A stretch of 64,000 bases of DNA from Salinispira sp. (GTDB lineage Bacteria; Spirochaetota; Spirochaetia; DSM-27196; Salinispiraceae). The notes below the pieces were generated by a model. It saw only the letters and a program-made list of their open reading frames with translations, did no database searches and was not told where the DNA came from. The DNA is taken from positions 480,001 through 544,000 of the forward strand of contig OZ271918.1 of assembly GCA_965602015.1 (NCBI GenBank), in the 5' to 3' direction. Positions 57,795-64,000 of this stretch are shown here, piece by piece. A program made the position numbers and the translations under genes. How positions within the stretch are numbered: position 1 is the first letter of the stretch; each line of letters opens with the position of its first letter.

Positions 57795-59237
57795 TCAGCT
57801 GGCGGCTTTTACTTCCTTAATCTGCGCCGCGCTGATGCGGTAGTTTGCGAAGAGGAATCCGGCCATTGCCAGCGCTGCGGCGACAATTCCCACGGGATAG
57901 CCGATTTGAGTGCTCAGCTGAAAACCCTCGGGGGCAATCATGATGTAGGTGGTCACGACCGCGGTCATAAAGGTTGCGGGAATTGATGCAATCCAGTGGA
58001 ATCTTCCCTTTGTTGCCAGATACATCGCGGCAGTCCACAGCACGATGGTAGCCAGGGTCTGATTTGACCATGCGAAATAGCGCCAGATTATTGAGAAGTC
58101 GACAAAGTTCAGGACAAATCCGATTGCGAAAACCGGAATTGCCACGAAAAGCCGGTTTCGGATTTTTTCCTGGTTCACACCCATGAAATCTGCAATGGTC
58201 AGTCGAACTGAACGGAATGCCGTATCGCCGGAGGTGATGGGGCACGCAATAACTCCGAGGATTGCCAGGATTCCGCCGACGGATCCCAACAACCCGAGGG
58301 AGATCTCATTTACCACCAGGCCTGCTCCGCCGGTAGCGATGGTTTCGGAAAGACCGGCGATTCCGCCGTTAAAAAAGGTCATAGCCGCGGCGGCCCAAAT
58401 GAGGGCGACAATGCCTTCCCCGACCATTGCCCCGTAGAATACGTGGCGGCCGTGTTTTTCACTGGGTAGACAGCGGGCCATCAGGGGAGACTGGGTAGAG
58501 TGGAATCCTGATATGGCACCGCAGGCAATGGTGATAAAGAGCATGGGCCACAGGGGTAGTTCCCGGGGATGCAGGTTTGCCAGGGTAATTTCGGGAATGG
58601 GCATGCGGTTAAAAATCAGCGCGCCGGCAACGCCAACAGCCATAATCATCAGAACCGCGCCGAACAGGGGATAAATCTTTCCGATCAGCTTGTCCACCGG
58701 AAGAACCGTCGCGACAAAGTAGTATGCCAGAATGATGCCGAGCCAAACCCAGCGATTGGCGAAAATACCGCCGATGCCCAGGTTCGCCAGCAGTCCCGCC
58801 GGACCGGCCATAAAAACCGTACCGACAAGCACGAGAAGCAGCACGGAGAAACCCCGCATTACCACGCGCATTTTGTCGCCCAGGTAAATGCCCACAACTT
58901 CGGGAATCGATTTGCCGTCGTGCCTAATGGAGAGCATTCCGGAGAAATAGTCGTGCACTCCGCCGGCGAGAAGGGTTCCCAGAACTATCCAGAGAAATGC
59001 CGCCGGGCCGTACAGAGCGCCCATAATCGCCCCGAAGATCGGTCCGAGACCGGCTATATTGAGAAACTGAATGAGAAAGATTTTGTACCAGGGCATTGGT
59101 ACGTAATCGACGCCGTCATTCAGTGCAATTGCCGGGGTTTCCCTGTCCGGCTCGACGCCAAAGACTTTTTCGACGACCAGGCCATAGGTGAAATAACCGA
59201 CTACCAAAACTGCTAAAGAAATCAGAAAACTAATCAT
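57795..59237 (-). CDS. cstA: Carbon starvation CstA family transporter (BtsT-like pyruvate/peptide uptake)
   Basis: TPA..LNDGVDYVP, NIAGLGPIFG, GGVHDY.SG, TIACGAISGFHSTQ, ITSGDTAFR, WRYFAWSNQTLA; ATG at 59237 behind GGAGG. Confidence 0.92.
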   Translation of the reverse strand: MISFLISLAVLVVGYFTYGLVVEKVFGVEPDRETPAIALNDGVDYVPMPWYKIFLIQFLNIAGLGPIFGAIMGALYGPAAFLWIVLGTLLAGGVHDYFSGMLSIRHDGKSIPEVVGIYLGDKMRVVMRGFSVLLLVLVGTVFMAGPAGLLANLGIGGIFANRWVWLGIILAYYFVATVLPVDKLIGKIYPLFGAVLMIMAVGVAGALIFNRMPIPEITLANLHPRELPLWPMLFITIACGAISGFHSTQSPLMARCLPSEKHGRHVFYGAMVGEGIVALIWAAAAMTFFNGGIAGLSETIATGGAGLVVNEISLGLLGSVGGILAILGVIACPITSGDTAFRSVRLTIADFMGVNQEKIRNRLFVAIPVFAIGFVLNFVDFSIIWRYFAWSNQTLATIVLWTAAMYLATKGRFHWIASIPATFMTAVVTTYIMIAPEGFQLSTQIGYPVGIVAAALAMAGFLFANYRISAAQIKEVKAAS

Positions 59238-59306
59238 GCTTTCCTCCATTGTGCGTTTCTGCTGGCGCATTATGTCATCGAAAAAACGCTTTGAGGGGAG
59301 ATGAGC

Positions 59307-59337
59307 ACCAAATGCATAAATAGGTACATGAGCTGCA
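59307..59337 (-). promoter_or_regulatory. LytTR-type direct-repeat binding site upstream of cstA
   Basis: Minus strand TGCAGCTCAT-N11-TGCATTTGGT (21-bp period), upstream of TGaCATAAT (-10 at 59269-59274). Confidence 0.7.
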
Positions 59338-59376
59338 CGAATAGCGGTTTTTTTGCGGGAGGGTGTATTGCTCGGG

Positions 59377-60150
59377 TTAAATTCCCATGAGATTGCGGAA
59401 GGATTGAACCTTGCTTCTGCTCACCGGCACCTTATTCTTTTGTCCGGGGAAGCAGATCTCGTAGCCGTAGCCCGCGGCCAGGTCAATACACTCTATTGCC
59501 GACAGGTTAACGATAAACGAGCGGTGGCAGGCAAAGAAATCCGGTTCCTTGAGAATAGTCTGCACCTTTTGAAAGCTGAAGTTTGTTTGGAATTCGCCGT
59601 TCTCGGTTACGATCCACACGTTTCTGCCACGGGCCTCGGCGAAGAGTATTTTATCCAGGGAAAAGGGTTGCAGGGCGCCGCCGCGGTACACCGAGATAAA
59701 TCGGGACTCAGGTTTTTCCGGGAGCAAATGTTCCCGAAGCAGGCTCTCCATGCCCTTGTACGGATCCAGTGATGCTTTGACTCTTTCGCCGGCCTTGCTG
59801 AGGGCTTCTCGGAGACGGGAATCCCGAATCGGCTTCATAAGATAATCGACGGCGTGCACCTCAAAGGCCTTAACCGCATAGGAATCATATGCGGTGGTGA
59901 AGATTATCTGGCTTGGAATATTTTGACCGCGGCATCTGCCGGCTACCTGAATCCCGTTTAAACCGGGCATCTCAATGTCCAGAAGAATTATCTCAGGCTC
60001 ATCGGAAATAATTAGCTCAAGGGCCTCCATACCGTCCCGAGCCTCCCCGATTACGTAAAAACCCGATTCAGATGAAAGCAGGTGCCGCAATTCTTCCCGG
60101 GCATGGGGTTCGTCATCGGCAATCAGGATGCTAATGGGATTGTCATCCAT
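59377..60150 (-). CDS. LytTR-family response regulator (LytT/BtsR-like)
   Basis: IADDE, LDIEMPGLNG, TAYDSYAVKAFEVHAVDYLMKP, FFACHRSFIVN, VPVSRS. Confidence 0.93.
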   Translation of the reverse strand: MDDNPISILIADDEPHAREELRHLLSSESGFYVIGEARDGMEALELIISDEPEIILLDIEMPGLNGIQVAGRCRGQNIPSQIIFTTAYDSYAVKAFEVHAVDYLMKPIRDSRLREALSKAGERVKASLDPYKGMESLLREHLLPEKPESRFISVYRGGALQPFSLDKILFAEARGRNVWIVTENGEFQTNFSFQKVQTILKEPDFFACHRSFIVNLSAIECIDLAAGYGYEICFPGQKNKVPVSRSKVQSFRNLMGI

Positions 60151-61817
60151 ACTTTGGTTACCTCCCCGGGCGTGCTTTCGATGTTCAATCCGCAATCTTC
60201 TCCGTATGCGTTGCGCAGGCGCTGGTGAACATTGGACAGGCCGACCGAGCCATTGCGCCCCGAAAGGATATCCTTCAATTTATGCTGCTCAATTCCGCAG
60301 CCGTTGTCCTCGACGCTGAGCAGGATTCCCCTGTCGGTTTTTTCGGCTTTGACGGTAATTTTGCCTCCCCGTATGCTCTGCTGAATTCCGTGTTTCACCG
60401 CATTTTCCACCAGGGGCTGCAGGATCAGGGGCGGAACATGGCAGCTGCAGTCCGGATTAGTGGCAAATTCCACTTCCAGCCGGTCCTCGAACCGGGCTCT
60501 TTCGATTTCCAGATAGGCGCTGGTGTGTTCCAGTTCCACGTTGAGCGGGATAAATTCTTCGGGACTCTGCAGGCGGTACCGGTAGTAATCACTCAAATCG
60601 AGGAGCAGGTCCCGGGCTTTTTCGGGCTTGGTTCGAAGCAGCGAGCTGACGGTATTTATGGCGTTAAACAGGAAGTGAGGGTTGATCTGCGACTGCAGGG
60701 CGCGCAGTTCAGCCCGATTTATGAGCCGCGATTGCTCCTCTATCCGGCTTTTCTCAATCTGGAGGGAGAAGAGGGAGGCAAGGCCCAGCGCCAGTTCTTC
60801 ATCTACCCGGGTAATTCCGTACTCTGCGTCCCGATACAGCTTCAGGGCGCCGATTACCCGGTCCTCGCGAGTGAGCGGGACAATTATCGCTGATAAAAGC
60901 GGACAATTATTATCCTCGCAGTCAATCTCTCTCCTGGTGTTGGCTATACGATAGATTCCGTCTTCGAGAACCTGCCGGGTCAATTGGGTCTTGATTGGAG
61001 ATCCCGGGCGGTGATGGTCACCCCCCAGACCGGCGTGAGCGATGCAGCGGTCCGTGTCGGTAAAATTCACCGCTGCCAGATTGAACTGTTCGAGTATAAT
61101 CTTTCCCGCATTTCCAGCGGTTTCGGAGTTATAGCCCCTGCTAAAAAACGGAAGGGTTTGTTCGGTGATGCTGAGAACCAGTTGGGCGTTTACCGCCGCG
61201 ACCCTGTCGTGATCCCGGTAGAGTGATTCTGCAATGGCCACGAACAACGCGATGGCCAGTCCGTTGCCTATTATCATCGGAAGCCCAATGGTTTCCACCA
61301 GGGCAATTGCGTCCGCCAGCGGCCGGGCGGTGGCAATGATGATGATCATCTGGATAATTTCGGCCACCGCTCCCCACAGCCCGGCAAAAAGCCATTTGTT
61401 GCTGCTCTTCTGGAAGCGGTTCGACAGGCCTGCTGCCAGTAGACCGCCGATGATCGTGGAAATCATGCAGGGAAATGCGGTAAATCCGCCGATATCGATG
61501 GCCCAACGATGAACACCGGCGACAATACCCGTCACCACCCCGATTACCGGTCCGCCTATCAGGCCGGCGACGAAGACGCCCACAACCCTGGTGTTAGCAA
61601 GGGCTCCTTGCACGGGGATTCCCGTGTAGGTTCCGATTATGCCGATCGCGCTGAAAAAGGCGATGAGCAATGCGGTTTCTCCCCGGGAGAGGGAAAGTTT
61701 TGCGAAGATGCGGTGGAAGAAGCGGCTCCTGGTCAAAATTAGGCTGAATATGGCTATCATACCGCCCTGGCTGACCAGGTTTCGAAGCAGTATAAGAATG
61801 TCATTCCTGATACTCAT
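60123..61817 (-). CDS. LytS/YehU(BtsS)-family sensor histidine kinase
   Basis: 5TM-LYT (GTYTG...ANTR..G), GAF, ALQSQINPHFLFNAIN, LQPLVENAVKHG, DNGCG, GLSNV. Confidence 0.93.
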   Translation of the reverse strand: MSIRNDILILLRNLVSQGGMIAIFSLILTRSRFFHRIFAKLSLSRGETALLIAFFSAIGIIGTYTGIPVQGALANTRVVGVFVAGLIGGPVIGVVTGIVAGVHRWAIDIGGFTAFPCMISTIIGGLLAAGLSNRFQKSSNKWLFAGLWGAVAEIIQMIIIIATARPLADAIALVETIGLPMIIGNGLAIALFVAIAESLYRDHDRVAAVNAQLVLSITEQTLPFFSRGYNSETAGNAGKIILEQFNLAAVNFTDTDRCIAHAGLGGDHHRPGSPIKTQLTRQVLEDGIYRIANTRREIDCEDNNCPLLSAIIVPLTREDRVIGALKLYRDAEYGITRVDEELALGLASLFSLQIEKSRIEEQSRLINRAELRALQSQINPHFLFNAINTVSSLLRTKPEKARDLLLDLSDYYRYRLQSPEEFIPLNVELEHTSAYLEIERARFEDRLEVEFATNPDCSCHVPPLILQPLVENAVKHGIQQSIRGGKITVKAEKTDRGILLSVEDNGCGIEQHKLKDILSGRNGSVGLSNVHQRLRNAYGEDCGLNIESTPGEVTKVWMTIPLAS

Positions 61818-61854
61818 GCCCAAGTCTATTCCCCCTTACTCCGGCAATCTTGCC

Positions 61855-63546
61855 TTAAAAGGCCGAATCATCCACCCCGTCAAGCCATTGGGCGACTGAT
61901 TCTGCCACCTCGGCAATGGTATCCTCTTTAAAAGGGTTCTTTATTCCCGCTCTCTTTACCAGCTCAAGGAAGGGTGCCGATCCCCCCATGCCGCACAGGT
62001 CCTTGTAGCTTTTCCATGCTGCGCCATGGTCATCACGGTCCCATTTCCAATACTGAAAGGCGCAGATTTGCGCAAGTGTGTAGTCAATATAATAGAACGG
62101 GGATTGGAATATATGGCTTTGCCTGTGCCACCAGGCTCCCCGCTCCAGATTTTCAATGCCGCCGTAATCGATATTCGGCCAGTATCGCGATTCGCATTCC
62201 CGGTAAAAATCGCAGCGCTGTTCGGGGGTTGCCTCGGGGTTTTCATAGACCATGTGTTGAAATTCATCGACCATTGCGCCATAGGGGAGAAAACGCAGGG
62301 CATCGGTCAAATGGCCGTATCGGTATTTATCCGCATCATCGGCCAGAAGATCCATGTGCGGCCATGCGAAGAACTCCATGCTCATGGAATGGATTTCGCA
62401 GGCTTCGTAAGTCGCGAACAGATATTCTATAAAGCGGTGGTGTCTGCTCGAATAGGTTTGAAAGGCGTGCCCGGCCTCGTGGGTAAGAACATCAATGTCT
62501 CCCGACGTGCCGTTGAAATTAGAAAAAATGAAGGGAACTTCGAACTCCGGAAGATAATCGCAGAATCCGCCCCCGGCCTTGCCTTTCCGGGCTTCCAGAT
62601 CCAGCAACTCCCGCTCAACCATGAATCTGAAAAACTCGGATGTTTCCGGGGAGAGTCTGTCATAAAACTCCCGGGCTCTCTCTGTCATCAGCGTTTTGTC
62701 ACCCGCAGGCATTGGATTGCCCGTTGGAAACACATACCCCCGGTCCCAGACTTTTGGGTCCTGTATTCCGAGGCGCTTCCATTGAGCGCTGTAAAGCTTT
62801 TCCGCCAGGGGAACGATGTGCTTTTGAATAGCCTTGCGATACACGGCAACTTCATCCGGCCCATAGTCCGTGCGCAGCATCCTGTCGTATCCGAGCTGCA
62901 CATAATTATCGTATCCGAGTTTTTGTGCCATTGCGGTGCGCAAACGGACCAGCTCGTCATATATACTGTCCATCTCGGAGCCCTTCTCCTGATTAAACGC
63001 ATTGAGGGCTCTGACCGCTGCTTCCCGTTCAGCGCGTTTGCTCACCTGGCAAAACGGGACCATCTGGGCGAGATTTCTGTCCTCGCCTTTGTAGGGTATT
63101 CTTGCAGAGGCTCGTAGCTTCACATAGCGGGAAACAAGGGAGTTCTCTTTCTGCATGTCCTCAATTATTTCCGGTTTGAATGAAATGAGCTTTTTTTCCG
63201 CCAGATTAAAATAATGCTGCCCCATCCTGGAGCTGAGCTCGGACTTGTACGGCGTTGCGCAAAGCGCCTTGAAGTAGGCGTTCACCGCTTCTTCATACAG
63301 GGGTTCGTTTTCATCAAAAAAATCATTTTCAGCGTCGTAAAAAGAATCGTCGGTGTTCTGCTCATGACGGATGATGCCCAGGGAGGCTTGCGAATCAAAC
63401 GTGACCCGAATATCGTTTATTTTCTCCATCACGGCGAAGGCGTCATCTGCCGATCGGGCTGCGGAAAACTGTCCGATGAGCTCAGCCATGGACTGTTTGA
63501 GTTTGGCGATATCGGGTCGTGAATAGGGAAGTTCCGAAAATTTCAT
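61855..63546 (-). CDS. M3 family oligoendopeptidase
   Basis: MKFSELPYSRPD, GKAGGGFC, NFNGT..D.DVLTHEAGHAFQ, EIHSMSMEF, PFYYIDY.LA. Confidence 0.93.
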   Translation of the reverse strand: MKFSELPYSRPDIAKLKQSMAELIGQFSAARSADDAFAVMEKINDIRVTFDSQASLGIIRHEQNTDDSFYDAENDFFDENEPLYEEAVNAYFKALCATPYKSELSSRMGQHYFNLAEKKLISFKPEIIEDMQKENSLVSRYVKLRASARIPYKGEDRNLAQMVPFCQVSKRAEREAAVRALNAFNQEKGSEMDSIYDELVRLRTAMAQKLGYDNYVQLGYDRMLRTDYGPDEVAVYRKAIQKHIVPLAEKLYSAQWKRLGIQDPKVWDRGYVFPTGNPMPAGDKTLMTERAREFYDRLSPETSEFFRFMVERELLDLEARKGKAGGGFCDYLPEFEVPFIFSNFNGTSGDIDVLTHEAGHAFQTYSSRHHRFIEYLFATYEACEIHSMSMEFFAWPHMDLLADDADKYRYGHLTDALRFLPYGAMVDEFQHMVYENPEATPEQRCDFYRECESRYWPNIDYGGIENLERGAWWHRQSHIFQSPFYYIDYTLAQICAFQYWKWDRDDHGAAWKSYKDLCGMGGSAPFLELVKRAGIKNPFKEDTIAEVAESVAQWLDGVDDSAF

Positions 63547-63767
63547 GAGGTCCTCCGTTTCCGTATCTTACTACCGCGGGTTGCAGGCACAGTAGCAGCC
63601 GCTCAGTGATTCAGCAGATTGCATTAACATCAGATCACGGTGGGTAATCTTAACACGATATTCGATGATGATAATTTTTTTTAGCGATCAACCGGCTCGA
63701 TGAGGGAGGTTTGACCGATAACTCCATCACTTGCCGCAGAGTGCGATTGGCACTATGCTCGTATATT

Positions 63768-64000
63768 ATGAGGTCAATCCGGGAACTATTCCGTATCGGC
63801 AGGGGACCATCAAGCAGTCATACCATGGGTCCCGGTATTGCCGCCGAGCAATTCAAGGTAAAGAATCAGAACGCCTCTTCCTTCAGGGTCACCCTTTTCG
63901 GAAGCCTCGGGGCGACGGGCAAAGGCCACCTGACAGATTATGCGGTGGAACTGGCACTCCGTCCTGCGCCCGTCGAAATTGTGTGGAAGCCCGGCGAAAC
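63768..64000 (+). CDS. sdaA: L-serine ammonia-lyase (Fe-S), 5' part
   Basis: Not in ORF track; my translation gives MRSIRELFRIGRGPSSSHTMGP...VTLFGSLGATGKGHLTD. Confidence 0.9.
   Translation, partial: MRSIRELFRIGRGPSSSHTMGPGIAAEQFKVKNQNASSFRVTLFGSLGATGKGHLTDYAVELALRPAPVEIVWKPGE

Noticed and set aside
62026..63117. 363-aa plus-strand ORF
   Set aside because: In-register antisense shadow of the M3 peptidase.
63547..63767. Riboswitch or sRNA in the peptidase-sdaA intergenic region
   Set aside because: No recognisable consensus or strong hairpin seen by eye.
1..64000. Prophage, defence island, tRNA or rRNA
   Set aside because: No integrase, nuclease, phage structural or RNA gene signatures seen; content is mostly metabolic and signalling.

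Overview
Gene-dense bacterial chromosomal window with about 50 CDS. I saw no rRNA, tRNA, CRISPR array, transposase, integrase or phage genes. Protein style (MCPs, lipoproteins, an 'FAAGGSEE' substrate-binding-protein N-terminus, a GAF-GGDEF protein) suggests a free-living spirochaete; this is an inference. Main content: (i) a coupled minus-strand operon fpr-miaB-mtaB-(nucleoside phosphorylase-like ORF)-(non-canonical spore photoproduct lyase-like radical SAM, cut by the window edge), facing lacI-lipA-lipase and nadA; (ii) central carbon genes pyk, ppc, pfkA, galK, hppA, a GH13 enzyme, cstA with LytS/LytT, and partial sdaA; (iii) signalling genes, namely an HK/REC/REC-adenylate cyclase/hybrid HK-Hpt operon, GAF-GGDEF, GAF-HD-GYP, two MCPs and DUF3095; (iv) a phytol kinase-like plus DUF92 pair divergent from DUF1295; (v) an FeS-type photolyase. 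Non-coding features: a ~149-bp MITE-like element with a second partial copy 48 kb away, a 23-bp triplication of the nadA stop region, four GGARRGCG motifs at exact 17-nt spacing in the pfkA leader, a LytTR box upstream of cstA, a probable ATA start codon for the lipase, and several apparently leaderless genes. All product calls come from motif recognition by eye; no database search was run.
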